Notes under the pieces: generated by a model | Databases searched by the model: none | What the model was told of the DNA's origin: nothing | What the model saw: the letters and a program-made list of their open reading frames with translations, nothing else | From: an uncultured Chloroflexia bacterium | Lineage (GTDB): Bacteria > Chloroflexota > Limnocylindria > Limnocylindrales > CSP1-4 | NCBI GenBank assembly: GCA_963776355.1 | Contig: CAVZLU010000001.1 | Location: 5,685 to 69,684, forward strand | Length of the DNA: 64,000 nucleotides | Reading direction: 5' to 3' | In this document: piece after piece, positions 31,644 to 42,044 of the stretch | Layout of the letters: each line of letters begins with the position of its first letter | How positions within the stretch are numbered: the first letter of the stretch is position 1 | Made by a program: the position numbers and the translations under genes

Positions 31644-31799
31644 ATGAAGGCCATCAAGACTCTGGCGACTGTCCTGGGGATCCTCCTCGCGGCCGCCGTC
31701 GTCATCCCGCTCGTGGTGCTGGCCGGGCTCTTCGTGTGGCTGAAGCTCACCGAGGAGAGCGACGAGGAGGCCCTGGAGCTGGAGCAGGAAGGCGTCTGA
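31644..31799 (+). CDS. Small single-pass membrane protein (51 aa)
   Basis: AGGAGG RBS; MKAIK, long hydrophobic stretch, acidic tail. Confidence 0.7.
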   Translation: MKAIKTLATVLGILLAAAVVIPLVVLAGLFVWLKLTEESDEEALELEQEGV

Positions 31800-31939
31800 T
31801 CCCGCGGACCGACCGCGGCCCCGGCGCCGGACTCGGCGGCCGGGGCCGTTCCGTGTCCCGGGCGCGCGTCGCGCCCGACGCGGGCCGGGCTGGCTGCCGG
31901 GAGCGGCGGTCAGGGATCCCGGCGCCCGCCGGACCGCGC

Positions 31940-33256
31940 TCAGATCTCCGTCGTGGGCGGGGGGCTGGAGGCCGCGTCGTGTCGGCGGTCGGGCAGCCCC
32001 GAACCGGCGCCCGTCCGCGGGCCGAAGGCGCCCTCGCGCGCGAGCGCCGCGACCTGTCCCCCCGAGTAACCCAGCCCTCGCAGGATCCCGTCCGTGTCCT
32101 CGCCGAGCCGCGGCGCTCGACGGTACCGCGGTCGGTAGCCGGAAACCCTGATCGGCAGGCCCACTGAGCGAACGGTCCCGAGTGCCGGATGCTCGTAGTC
32201 GGCGAGCATCCCCCGCGCCTCCAGCTCCCCGGTGTCGAGCGCCTCCTCCATGGAGCGGACCGGGGCGACCGGCACCGAACCGCGGAGGCGGTCGAGCCAC
32301 TCCGCGGTGGTGCGCTGGCGGAACCGCTCGTCGAGGGCGGCCAGGAGCTCGGCGCGGTGCGATCCGCGGGCGCCGAAGGTCGCGAATCGCTCATCCTCGG
32401 CGATCCCGGGCAGGTCCATCGCGGCGACCAGGGTGACGAAGAACTTCTCCTTCGGGCAGGCGACCGCCAGGTAGCCATCGGCCGTCCGGAAGAACTGGAA
32501 CGGGATGACCGAAGGGTGGGCGGAAAGGGGCAGCCGCGTCGTGCGAAAGCCCGCCGACAGGTACCACGTCGCGGGGTAGCTCAGCATCGCCAGCGCGCTG
32601 TCGTACAGGTTGGTGTCGAGATCCCGGCCACGGCCCGTGGCGCGCGCCTCGAGGACCCCCGCCAGCAGGCCGATGGCGGCTGTCAGGCCCGCGATGTAGT
32701 CCGCGAGCGAGAGGCCGCTCTTCGCCGGCGGGCCGTCCGGGTCGCCGGTGAGCGCCGCCCAGCCGGCTTCCGCCTGGATGAGGGCGTCGTAGCCGGGCAG
32801 GGTGGCCGTGGGACCCGCCTGGCCGTAGCCCGTCAGGGCCACGCACACGATCCGGGGATTGACCGTCGAGAGGTGCTCGTACGTGATCCGCAGGCGGGCC
32901 GGCTGGTCGCCCCGCAGGTTGCTGAGCACCGCGTCGGCATCCGCGACGAGTCGCTCGAACACGGCCCGCCCGGCCCTGCTCTTGAGGTCCAGGGTGATGC
33001 TCCGCTTGCCGCGGTTGAAGGCCTCGAAGAAGAGGCTCTCCTCGCCCGCCTGGCCCGGCGGGATGTAGCGGCTGACGTCGCCGCCCGTGCCCGGATCCTC
33101 CACCTTGATGACCTCGGCGCCGAGGTCGGCGAGGTAGAGCGAGCCGAACGGCGCCGCGCCGTACTGCTCGACCGCGACGATGCGCAGGCCGGCGAGGGGC
33201 CCGGGCCGGTCCCCCGTGGCCGGCTCCGCGTCGGGGGCGCCGTCGCTCGCGGTCAC
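31940..33256 (-). CDS. Family III CoA transferase (CaiB/BaiF)
   Basis: GPLAGLRIV, LADLGAEVIKVE, NRGKRSITLDLK, GYDALIQAEAG, APRLGEDT. Confidence 0.93.
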   Translation of the reverse strand: MTASDGAPDAEPATGDRPGPLAGLRIVAVEQYGAAPFGSLYLADLGAEVIKVEDPGTGGDVSRYIPPGQAGEESLFFEAFNRGKRSITLDLKSRAGRAVFERLVADADAVLSNLRGDQPARLRITYEHLSTVNPRIVCVALTGYGQAGPTATLPGYDALIQAEAGWAALTGDPDGPPAKSGLSLADYIAGLTAAIGLLAGVLEARATGRGRDLDTNLYDSALAMLSYPATWYLSAGFRTTRLPLSAHPSVIPFQFFRTADGYLAVACPKEKFFVTLVAAMDLPGIAEDERFATFGARGSHRAELLAALDERFRQRTTAEWLDRLRGSVPVAPVRSMEEALDTGELEARGMLADYEHPALGTVRSVGLPIRVSGYRPRYRRAPRLGEDTDGILRGLGYSGGQVAALAREGAFGPRTGAGSGLPDRRHDAASSPPPTTEI

Positions 33257-34431
33257 CGCGATGTGACCCGGGTCGCCTCGGTGTGGGCGCGGATGTAGTC
33301 CCAGTCCAGCTCCAGGCCGAGGCCGGGCCCGGCGGGGAGCGAGTAGCGCCCGTCGCGGATCCTGGTCGGGAAGTCGGAGATGTTCCAGAAGAGCGGATCG
33401 CGCTCCTCGTCGAAGCACTCGACGAACGTGTGGTCGGGCACCGAGGCGAGCAGGTGGGCGGAGACCTGCGGCTCCTCGTGATGGCCCATCTGGACCCCGA
33501 AGGCTGCGCAGAGGCCCGCGGCCTTGCGCCAGATCGTGGGCCCACCCGCCCACGAGGCGTCGAAGTTGGACACGTCGATCGCCCCGTCGACCACGAGGTC
33601 GCGGATGCCGTGCAGCGTGGTCTCGCTCTGGCCGGCGCAGACCGGGATGCCCGTCTGGTAGCGCACGTCGCGCATCCAGCGCCGGTCGTTGGTCCAGCGC
33701 ACGGGCTCTTCGAACCAGCGAATGTCGAGATCATGGACCAGCCGCCCGAAGGCCACCGCCTCCGCGCGCGTGTAGCCCTGGTTCGCGTCCACCATGAGCG
33801 CAAAGCCCGGGCCTCCCGCGGAGCGGGCGACGCGCACGCGCTCCGCGTCGACCTCCGGCGAGCGACCCCCGACCTTGAACTTGCAGCCCGCGAAGCCGCG
33901 CGCCGCGTAGGACCCGATCGTCTCGACGAGGGCATCTCCCGTGAGGTGGTAATAGCCGCCGATGATCGAGATCGGGAGCGAGTCCGTCGTCGCGCCCCAG
34001 GCTCGGTACAGGGGCGCGCCGAGCCCGCGGGCGAAGACGTCCCAGATCGCGGTGTCGAGGGCCGCGATTGCCTGGAGAGCGAGCCCGCGATCCCGGAGGA
34101 TGTCGTTGGTGGCCGGCTCCATCGCTCGCCAGGCGCCCTCCGGGTCCGTCGCGCTGCGCCCCAGGATCGCCGGGGCGAGCTCGTCGTGGATGATCCCGAC
34201 GATGACGTCCTGCTCGACGTCGGTGTCGCCGCTGTACGACTCGGAGATCACGCCGTCGGCCGTGTGCAGGCGGACCACGATCGTGCAGCGGTTGACCATG
34301 GAGTAGGCGCTGCCCACGAACCGCCGCGGGAGCGCGACCCGGACCGCGATCGTCTCGATGCGGTCGATGATCAGCGTGTCGTGATCGAAGGCGCGCCCCG
34401 CGACCGGGGACGCTGGCATGCCTTGCTTCAT
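33253..34431 (-). CDS. Mandelate racemase/muconate lactonising (enolase superfamily) enzyme
   Basis: KFKVGG, LMVDANQGY, WFEEPV, CAGQSE, GPGLGLELD. Confidence 0.9.
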   Translation of the reverse strand: MKQGMPASPVAGRAFDHDTLIIDRIETIAVRVALPRRFVGSAYSMVNRCTIVVRLHTADGVISESYSGDTDVEQDVIVGIIHDELAPAILGRSATDPEGAWRAMEPATNDILRDRGLALQAIAALDTAIWDVFARGLGAPLYRAWGATTDSLPISIIGGYYHLTGDALVETIGSYAARGFAGCKFKVGGRSPEVDAERVRVARSAGGPGFALMVDANQGYTRAEAVAFGRLVHDLDIRWFEEPVRWTNDRRWMRDVRYQTGIPVCAGQSETTLHGIRDLVVDGAIDVSNFDASWAGGPTIWRKAAGLCAAFGVQMGHHEEPQVSAHLLASVPDHTFVECFDEERDPLFWNISDFPTRIRDGRYSLPAGPGLGLELDWDYIRAHTEATRVTSR

Positions 34432-35444
34432 CCCCGCATCGACGCGCGCACGGCGTCGGCGATGGACTGTGCCGTGGGCAGGGCCGCGTCCTCGAGGGGT
34501 GGGCTGTAGGGGATGCAGATGTCCGCCGGCAGGCTGACCGCCCGCGGGGCCGATCGCCACGCTGCGCCGCCCATCGTCAGCTCGCTGATGATCGTGGCGC
34601 CCCACCCGCCGGCGTGGACCTGCTCCTCCACGACCACCAGGCGACCCGTCCTGCCGATCGAGGCGCCGATGGTGTCGATGTCGAGCGGCCGGATCCAGCG
34701 CAGGTCGATCACCTCCGCCTCGATCCCCTCGCCCGCGAGCGCCGCGGCCGCGTCGAGAGCCCGCTCGACCATCATCAAGGTCGCCACGATCGTGACGTCC
34801 GCGCCGGACCGAAGGACCTGCGCGCGTCCGAGCTCGGCGCTCGCCCCGCGCCGAACCGCGCCCTTCCGTCCGTAGAGCCCCTTGTGCTCGTGGAAGAGCA
34901 CGGGGTTGGGGTCGTGGATCGCGGCCCGCAGGAGCTCGTAGGCGGAGCCCGGCGTGGACGCTGCGCAGACGCGCAGGCCGGGGAGTCCCATGTACCACGA
35001 CTCGCCGGTCGCGCTGTGCTGGGTGCCGAAGCGGCCGGTCGCGCCGGAGATGACCCGGAGCGTGACCGGGACGGCGAACTGCCCACCCGACATGAAGCGG
35101 TACTTCGGCAGCTGGTTCACGATCTGGTCGCCGGCGGTCGGCAGGAAGTCCGCGAACATGAACTCGACCACCGGGCGCATCCCCAGCAGCGACATCCCGA
35201 GCGCGACGCCGGTGAACCCGTTCTCGCAGATCGGGGTCGTGAGCACCTGGCCCGGGAAGCGCTCGGCGAGCCCCTCGTTCGTCTTGAAGACGCCGCCGCT
35301 GGCAGCCACGTCCTCGCCGATGAGCACCACCCCGGGATCGGCGGCCATCTCGTCGTGGAGCGCGGCGGTGATCGCCTCGCGATAGGTCATCTCGACAGCG
35401 ATCCCGTCGACCGGGGCGGCCGCCGGATCAGCGAGCGTAGACAT
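34428..35444 (-). CDS. TPP-dependent 2-oxoacid/acetoin dehydrogenase E1 beta-like subunit
   Basis: IGEDV, GGVFK, TPICENG, RPVVEFMFADF, QHS, DPNPVLFHEHK. Confidence 0.92.
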   Translation of the reverse strand: MSTLADPAAAPVDGIAVEMTYREAITAALHDEMAADPGVVLIGEDVAASGGVFKTNEGLAERFPGQVLTTPICENGFTGVALGMSLLGMRPVVEFMFADFLPTAGDQIVNQLPKYRFMSGGQFAVPVTLRVISGATGRFGTQHSATGESWYMGLPGLRVCAASTPGSAYELLRAAIHDPNPVLFHEHKGLYGRKGAVRRGASAELGRAQVLRSGADVTIVATLMMVERALDAAAALAGEGIEAEVIDLRWIRPLDIDTIGASIGRTGRLVVVEEQVHAGGWGATIISELTMGGAAWRSAPRAVSLPADICIPYSPPLEDAALPTAQSIADAVRASMRG

Positions 35445-36405
35445 ACGTGGCGGCCTCCTCCAGGTCGAGGTACGGGGACGTCGCCGCGCGCTCGGCGGCG
35501 GCGTCGATGTCCACCTGGACCTTCTCGTGAATGCGGGCCTGCGCGTCCGGCGAGAGGAGTCCGGAGGCCGCCAGGCGGCCGCCGAGGATCTCGATCGGGT
35601 CGCGGGCCTTCCACTCCTCCAGCTCGCCCGCCGGTCGGTACTTGGCCGGGTCGGACCGGGAGTGGCCGCGATAGCGGTACGTCTTCATCTCGAGGAGGCT
35701 TGGGCCGTCGCCCGCCCGCGCCCGCGCCACGGCCTCCGAGGCCGCGGCGTGCACGGCCTCGACATCCTGGCCGTCGACGATGATCCCGGGCATGCCGTAC
35801 GGATCCGCGCGGCGAGCGAGGTCGCCGACGGGGGTCGTGGTGGCGATGGGCGAGTACTCGCCGTACAGGTTGTTGGCGATGATGAACACGACCGGGGCCC
35901 GCCACACCGCGGCCATGTTCAGGGACTCGTGGAAGGCCCCGATGTTCGTGGCGCCGTCGCCGAAGAAGGTGAGGGCGACATTGGCCTGTCCGCGCAGCTT
36001 GAAGGCCATGCCTGCCCCGACCGCGATCGGGAGGCCGGCTCCCACGATCGCGTTCGCGCCGATGTTGCCCTTGGTGACGTCGATGAGGTGCATCGAGCCG
36101 CCGAGGCCGCGCGAGCAGCCGACGCGGCGACCCATCAGCTCGCCGAAGGCGACCTCGTGGTCCATGCCCAGGGCGAGCGCCTCGCCGTGACCGCGATAGG
36201 TGTTGGTCTGGACGTCGCCCGCCTCCATGGCCGCGATTGCGCCGACGGACACGGCCTCCTGGCCCTGGGCGAGGTGGGTGGTGCCCTGGATCTGGCCGGT
36301 CTGGAACAGCTGCTGGACCTTCTCCTCGAAGCGCCGGATCTCGACCATCTGCTGGAACCAGCGAACGCGGGTCGCCGCGTCGGCGAGGGGTCGGGGACTC
36401 GGCAT
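35428..36405 (-). CDS. TPP-dependent dehydrogenase E1 alpha-like subunit
   Basis: HLAQGQEA, YRGHG, GGSMH, FFGDGATN...NNLY (TPP motif), TYRYRGHSRSDP. Confidence 0.93.
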   Translation of the reverse strand: MPSPRPLADAATRVRWFQQMVEIRRFEEKVQQLFQTGQIQGTTHLAQGQEAVSVGAIAAMEAGDVQTNTYRGHGEALALGMDHEVAFGELMGRRVGCSRGLGGSMHLIDVTKGNIGANAIVGAGLPIAVGAGMAFKLRGQANVALTFFGDGATNIGAFHESLNMAAVWRAPVVFIIANNLYGEYSPIATTTPVGDLARRADPYGMPGIIVDGQDVEAVHAAASEAVARARAGDGPSLLEMKTYRYRGHSRSDPAKYRPAGELEEWKARDPIEILGGRLAASGLLSPDAQARIHEKVQVDIDAAAERAATSPYLDLEEAATYVYAR

Positions 36406-36483
36406 TCAGCTCCCTCCTCGTGCGCACTGGGCACCGGGCGCCATGAGCCCGTCGGGACGGCGATCGGGCGCGGGGATCGACGA

Positions 36484-36497
36484 TGCAACCGTTTCCA
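36484..36497. promoter_or_regulatory. Candidate LacI-family operator
   Basis: TGCAACCGTTTCCA, pseudo-palindrome with central CG, upstream of E1 alpha. Confidence 0.6.
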
Positions 36498-36627
36498 GCG
36501 CGGTTCGGGGCATTGTGCACGGCGTCGCCGGCTTCGGTCAACCGGCGGCGCTGCCGCGACCGGCCCGTTCGATGCCGGCCCTGGGGAGCGTTGACCGGGG
36601 CCTCCGCCGCGGGTAGCATCGTTGGTC

Positions 36628-36641
36628 TGGAAACGAGTCCG
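36628..36641. promoter_or_regulatory. Candidate LacI-family operator (weaker)
   Basis: TGGAAACGAGTCCG in the same intergenic region. Confidence 0.4.
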
Positions 36642-36777
36642 GGATGCATCTGGGGTCCTCCGCACGAGGTCGCGGGCGAACTGCTGCATGGTCATCACCC
36701 GTTCCTCGCGCGGCACCTGGTCCGGTGACGCACGCGCGCAGGGTGGCGAGCTCGCCCGTGGGTTGTGCTACGGTGCC

Positions 36778-36791
36778 TGAAACCGATACCA
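36778..36791. promoter_or_regulatory. Candidate LacI-family operator (autoregulation)
   Basis: TGAAACCGATACCA just upstream of the LacI gene. Confidence 0.6.
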
Positions 36792-36816
36792 GAACGCGCA
36801 CTGGAGGATCCGTGGG

Positions 36817-37878
36817 GTGAGGCCGGAGGCCACGGCGAGCAGGAAGGGCGGCGTGGGTCGTCCCGCGGGACGCGCCAGCATGCGCGAAGTCGCTGATCGG
36901 GCCGGGGTGGCAATGTCGTCCGTGAGCCGCGTGCTGTCCGGCCACCCGGACGTCTCGGCGCCGATGCGGGCGCGCGTCATGGCCGCCGTCGACCAGCTCG
37001 GCTACGAGCCCGACTTCCTTGCCCAGTCGCTCCGGCGCGGTGCCACCCTGACCGTCGGCTTCGTGGTCGGTGACATCTCGAACCCGCTGATCGCCGGCAT
37101 CGCCTGCGGCGCCGAATCCGAGCTCCGCGCGGCGGGCTACTCGATGCTCGTGATGAACTCGGAGAACGACCCGCGGCTGGACGCGGCCCACGTGCGGTTT
37201 TTCGAGAACCGCCGGGTGGACGGCCTGATCCTGTCGTTGGCGAACGAGCGGACCCCCGAGACGCTCGAGGCGCTCGCGAACATCGACCTGCCGTTCGTGC
37301 TCATCGACCGCGAGCTGCCGGCGCGCTTCCGGGTGAGCGCCGTGCGCAATGACCACCGGAACGGGACCCGCGACGCAACCGATGCGCTCCTGGACCTGGG
37401 ACACCGGCGGATCGCCCTGGTCACGGGACCGGTCGAGATCCTGCCCGTCCGGGAGCGGATCGCCGGTCTTCGTGAGGCCATCGCGGCCCGGGGGATTCCG
37501 AACGAGACGATCGAGATGCCGGGGTCGCTCTCGGCCGACTTCGGCGAGGTCGCGACGGAGGCCCTCCTGGCGTCCGCCGACCCGCCCACCGCGATCATCG
37601 CCGGTGGCAACCAGCCGCTGGTCGGCTGCCTGCGGGCCCTGATCCGCCACGGGATGCGCCCGGGCCGCGACATCTCGCTCGTCACCTGCGACGACGTGCC
37701 CCTGGCGGAGCTGTACGACCCGCCCATCTCGGTGATCGACCGGGACCCGGTCGAGCTCGGGCGCACGGCGGCGGAGCTGTTGCTCCGGCACCTCGGCGGA
37801 GCCGACGACCCGAGGACCGTGATCCTGCCGATGGCCTTCAAGCTTCGCGCGTCATGCATCCCCGCGCCGCCACGGTGA
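36817..37878 (+). CDS. LacI-family transcriptional regulator
   Basis: SMREVADRAGVAMSSVSRVLS HTH, LGYEPDFLAQSLR hinge, LGHRRIA; start may be 36854 or 36880. Confidence 0.95.
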   Translation: MRPEATASRKGGVGRPAGRASMREVADRAGVAMSSVSRVLSGHPDVSAPMRARVMAAVDQLGYEPDFLAQSLRRGATLTVGFVVGDISNPLIAGIACGAESELRAAGYSMLVMNSENDPRLDAAHVRFFENRRVDGLILSLANERTPETLEALANIDLPFVLIDRELPARFRVSAVRNDHRNGTRDATDALLDLGHRRIALVTGPVEILPVRERIAGLREAIAARGIPNETIEMPGSLSADFGEVATEALLASADPPTAIIAGGNQPLVGCLRALIRHGMRPGRDISLVTCDDVPLAELYDPPISVIDRDPVELGRTAAELLLRHLGGADDPRTVILPMAFKLRASCIPAPPR

Positions 37879-39267
37879 TCCGGGCCCGGCCGCAGATCGG
37901 GCTGGTCAGCGTTCGCTTCGGGCTGTTCGATGCGCAGATGCCGCCGGAGTTCCCGGCCCGCATGCGGGCCCACGCCGCGCGCTCGGCAGAGGTGCTGGGC
38001 TCCGACTTCGAGGTCCTGGCCCCCGATCTCATCGAGGACGAGGCGGGCGCTCGACGCGCCCGCGACATGCTGGCCGGGGCGCGCCTCGATGCCGTGGTCT
38101 TCGCGCCGGCGATGGCGGCTCCGCCGAGCTTCGCCGCGATCGCCCTGGAGCGGACGGCGGTCCCCCTCGTGATCTGGAATGCCCCATCGATCGCTCGGCT
38201 CCCGGACGGGTTGACCCAGGCGCAGGCGACGGAGCACACGACGACCGTCGGGGCCCTGATGTACGGCAACGTCCGCGTCCGGGAGGGTCGCCCGACCGCC
38301 GTCGTCACCGCCGGGCACGATGACGAGGTCGCGATCCGCCGGCTGGTGCGCACGGTGCGGGCCGCGGCCGCGGCGGGCTCGTTGCGCGGTGGCACGCTGC
38401 TCCGCATCGGTGACGCGATCCCCGGCTACCTCGACGTGGACGCGACGCCCGCGGACCTCGCCGCCCTCGGCCTCCGCGAAGTCGCGATCGAACTCGACGC
38501 ATGGGTAGCGGCAGTCGTCACCGCGAGCGCCGCTGCGGCAGCCAGCCGTGCTCGACGACGTCAGGCGGCGCTGGTCGGGTGATCCGGGGCCGCAGGCCGA
38601 GCGGAGTGCCCGCGTCGCGGTGGCGCTGGAGTCGGCGCTCGTCGGGGCCGGCGCGGTCGCGGGGACGGTGAACTGCCACGGGCCCTGGTTCCGGGGGTCG
38701 GAGCAGGTCGGCATCCCGGCCTGCCTCGCGGTCGCCTGCCAGGCGGAGCAGGGGCGGAGCATCTCCTGCACGGGCGACCAGCCCACGGCGATCGCGCTCC
38801 ATCTCGCCCGCCTCGTGGCCGGGTCGGCCCTCTACTGCGAGGGCTACACGCCCGAGGCGGAGACCGGCCTCCTGCTCCTCGCCGCCGGGGGCGAGGGCGA
38901 CCCGGCGTGGGCTGAGCCGCCGGGGGCGGTGAACCTCGTGCCCAACGACCACTACCCCGGCGCGCGCGGGCTGGGCACGGGCCTCGCCTTCCGTCTTCAG
39001 CGCGGGCCGGCCACCCTGCTCAGCCTTTCCCCGGCGCCCGGCGGGTGGGTGCTGGCGTGGGCGACGGGGGAGGTCGTCGAGTCGCGTTACGACGCGATGC
39101 GCGGCCCCAACGGGATGTTCAGGTTCGACTCGGGGCCGGCCGTCGAGGCGGTCGAACGCTGGATCGCCTCGGGGGCGACCCACCACAGCGCTCTCGCTCC
39201 GGGCCGCCTCGAGGTCGAGATCCCGGCGCTCTCGACGGCGCTCGGCCTGCGTGCCGTCCGGGTCTGA
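37875..39267 (+). CDS. L-fucose/L-arabinose isomerase-like protein (frameshift ~38,540)
   Basis: N-terminal VVFAP..PLVIWN, then NCH, CTGD, GEGD, GATHHSAL; paralogous to 45967-47400. Confidence 0.65.
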
Positions 39268-39287
39268 GAAACGGGAAGGAGGGAACG

Positions 39288-40430
39288 ATGTCGAAGGTCG
39301 CCAGCGTGGAGGCCATCCCGGTCACGTATCCGGAGCCGAACGACTACAACGCGCTGCGCTACCTCTGCCTCGTGAAGATCAGGACGGATGACGGGGTCAC
39401 GGGATGGGGCGAGGCCGTCACCTCGTTCCCGGAGGCCAACCTCGCGGTCAAGGCGATCATCGAGGGGATGGCCGCCCGGGTCGTCGCGCGGGACCCGCTG
39501 GACAACATCGCGATCTGGCACTCGCTGCGCGACCAGATGTGGTGGTATGGCTACAGCGGTGGCCTGGCCTCGTTCGCGGTCGCGGCCATCGACCTCGCCC
39601 TGTGGGACATCAAGGGCAAGCTGCTCGACGTCCCGGTCGTGCAGCTGCTCGGTGGCGCCGTCCACGAGCGGCTGCCGGCGGTGGCGTCCAGCCACGCGCA
39701 CTACGAGGACATCGGGCGCATGGTCGAAGAGGCCCAGGAGTGGGTCGCGCCCGGCGTCCACGGCCTGAAGGTGGGTCTGGGCAAGCGTGGCAACGCCAAC
39801 CTGGGCTACGAGCACGATCGCGACGTGGAGTACATGCGCCGGATGCGCGAGGGCCTGCCCGGCTCCCTGATCATGCTCGACTGCGGCTGGAACGTGAAAT
39901 GGGATGTCAAGACCGCCGTCAGGAGGGTCCGGGCATTCGAGGAGCATGACCTCCACTGGATCGAGGAGCCGCTCGGCGCCTGGGATCCCGAGGGCTACGC
40001 GACCCTCCGCGCCAAGACGACATCGCTCATCGCCTACGGCGAGAAGGAGTGGAACGTCGACGGGTACGAGCGGATCCTCTCGACCCGGACGGTGGACGTC
40101 GTCGGGATCGATCCGGGGCGGGCGGAGGGCATCACCGGGTCCATGCGCGTGGTGGACCGGATCGAGTCGAACAACCGCCAGGCGAACGCCCACTGCTGGT
40201 CGTCGGCGATCGTGACGGCCGCCAGCCTTGCCCTCAGCTTCGCCTCCCCGGCGTTCAAGCTCATCGAGTTCAAGCCCCTGGAAAACCCCATGCAGCACGA
40301 GCTGGTGCCCGAGCCGATCGAGCATCGGGACGGCTGGTTCTACCCACCGACGAAGCCCGGCCTCGGCATCGATGTCGTCGACCTGGCCGTCGACCGCTAC
40401 CGGAGCGACAGGCTTCTCGCCCGCAGCTGA
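39288..40430 (+). CDS. Mandelate racemase/enolase-superfamily dehydratase
   Basis: GVTGWGE, IDLALWDIKGK, LKVG, IMLDCG, WIEEPL, AYGEKE, KPGLGIDV. Confidence 0.9.
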   Translation: MSKVASVEAIPVTYPEPNDYNALRYLCLVKIRTDDGVTGWGEAVTSFPEANLAVKAIIEGMAARVVARDPLDNIAIWHSLRDQMWWYGYSGGLASFAVAAIDLALWDIKGKLLDVPVVQLLGGAVHERLPAVASSHAHYEDIGRMVEEAQEWVAPGVHGLKVGLGKRGNANLGYEHDRDVEYMRRMREGLPGSLIMLDCGWNVKWDVKTAVRRVRAFEEHDLHWIEEPLGAWDPEGYATLRAKTTSLIAYGEKEWNVDGYERILSTRTVDVVGIDPGRAEGITGSMRVVDRIESNNRQANAHCWSSAIVTAASLALSFASPAFKLIEFKPLENPMQHELVPEPIEHRDGWFYPPTKPGLGIDVVDLAVDRYRSDRLLARS

Positions 40431-40478
40431 CATCGGGCGGCGAGCGAGATCGAGGAAAGCGCAGGCAGGAGGACAACA

Positions 40479-41246
40479 ATGACCTGGAGCGTGGGCGCCG
40501 GACTGGAAGGCAAGGGCGTGATCGTGACGGGCGCGGCCGGCGGCATCGGCCGGGCGATCGCCGAGGCCTTCGCCACGACCGGCGCGAAGGTGATGGCCGT
40601 CGACCTCGACCAGGCCGCCGTGGACACGGTCGTGGCCGGCCTGGAAGGGAGCGGGCACGTCGGCGTGGGCGTCGACCTCCGCGACATCGGCGGGCACGCG
40701 GCCCTGGTGGCGCGGGCGCGCGGGGAGCTCGGCAACCTCTACGTCCTCGCCAACCTGGCCGCCGTGCTCCGGCGGCGCAACTCGCTCGATGAGCTCACCG
40801 AGGACGACTGGGACTTCCAGCACGACGTCAACCTCAAGGCGGCATTCTTCCTCGCTCGCGCCGCCGGCCACGAGATGATCGAGCAGGGGAAGGGCGGCCG
40901 GATCATCCTCTTCAGCTCCCAGGGCTGGTGGACCGGGGGCTTCGGCGGCTCCGTGGCCTACGCCGCCACGAAGGGCGGCATCACGTCGGCCTGCCGCGGC
41001 CTCGCCCGGACGTTCGGGCCCCACCGGATCACCGTGAACTGCGTGTCGCCCGGCCAGGTGCACACGCCGATGCTCATGGGCGGCCTCTCGCCCGAGATCT
41101 ACGAGAGCATGAAGAAGCAGACGCCCCTCGGCTACGTGGCCGAGCCGTTCGAGATGGCCGGGCCGGTCGTGTTCCTCGCGTCGGATCACGCGAGCTACAT
41201 CACCGGCGCGACGATCAACGCCTCGGGCGGCTTCCTCATGTACTGA
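40479..41246 (+). CDS. Short-chain dehydrogenase/reductase
   Basis: TGAAGGIG, YAATK, VNCVSPG. Confidence 0.92.
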   Translation: MTWSVGAGLEGKGVIVTGAAGGIGRAIAEAFATTGAKVMAVDLDQAAVDTVVAGLEGSGHVGVGVDLRDIGGHAALVARARGELGNLYVLANLAAVLRRRNSLDELTEDDWDFQHDVNLKAAFFLARAAGHEMIEQGKGGRIILFSSQGWWTGGFGGSVAYAATKGGITSACRGLARTFGPHRITVNCVSPGQVHTPMLMGGLSPEIYESMKKQTPLGYVAEPFEMAGPVVFLASDHASYITGATINASGGFLMY

Positions 41247-41995
41247 TGGACCCGGAGTTCGCCGGGCGCCGGGTCCTGGTCACCGGCGCCGGCTCCGGGA
41301 TCGGCCTGGCGACCGCGCGGCTCCTGGTGGAGCGCGGCGCGGCCGTGCTCGGGGTCGGGCGGTCGGAGGCGAGCCTCGCCGCGGTCGCCGCGGTCGGGGG
41401 CGCCCCGTTTCGCGCCGACGTGACGCGCCCCGGCGACCGGCAGCGGCTCCGGGGTGCCGCCGAGGGGATCGATGGCCTCGTGCTCGCCCACGGCGAGACG
41501 GCGGGCCAGCCGGTCGGCGACGTGACCGAGGCCGACTGGGATCGGACCCACGACGCCAACCTTCGGTCCGTCTTCTTCCTGCTCCAGGCCTTCGCGCCCC
41601 GGCTTCCGGATCGGGGCGCGATCGTGACGCTCTCGTCGACCGCGGCCAAGACGGGCGCGATCCCCGAGGTCGCGGCCTACGCGGCCGCCAAGGCCGGCGT
41701 GCTCTCGCTCACCCGCTCGTTCGCCACGGCCCACGCCGCCCGCGGGATGCGCGTCAACAGCGTCGTGCCGGGGATCATCGACACGCCGATGCAGCGCCGC
41801 TTCCTGGAGCTCAACGCCCCGCTCCACGGCATCAGCCCGGAGGCGCTCAACGACGAGCGCCTGGCAGCCACGCCGATGCGCCGCGCCGGGACCCCGGAAG
41901 AGGCCGCCGAGGTGATCCTCTTCCTGCTTTCGCCCCGCTCCTCGTACCTGACGGGCCAGGCGCTGAACGTCGCCGGCGGGTTCGTCACGTGGTGA
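41246..41995 (+). CDS. Short-chain dehydrogenase/reductase
   Basis: TGAGSGIG, YAAAK, RVNSVVPG; TGATG coupling. Confidence 0.9.
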   Translation: MDPEFAGRRVLVTGAGSGIGLATARLLVERGAAVLGVGRSEASLAAVAAVGGAPFRADVTRPGDRQRLRGAAEGIDGLVLAHGETAGQPVGDVTEADWDRTHDANLRSVFFLLQAFAPRLPDRGAIVTLSSTAAKTGAIPEVAAYAAAKAGVLSLTRSFATAHAARGMRVNSVVPGIIDTPMQRRFLELNAPLHGISPEALNDERLAATPMRRAGTPEEAAEVILFLLSPRSSYLTGQALNVAGGFVTW

Positions 41996-42044
41996 GCCCG
42001 CGCTGGATCGGTCCCGCAGGCCGGCACGACGCCGGAGGGGCGCG

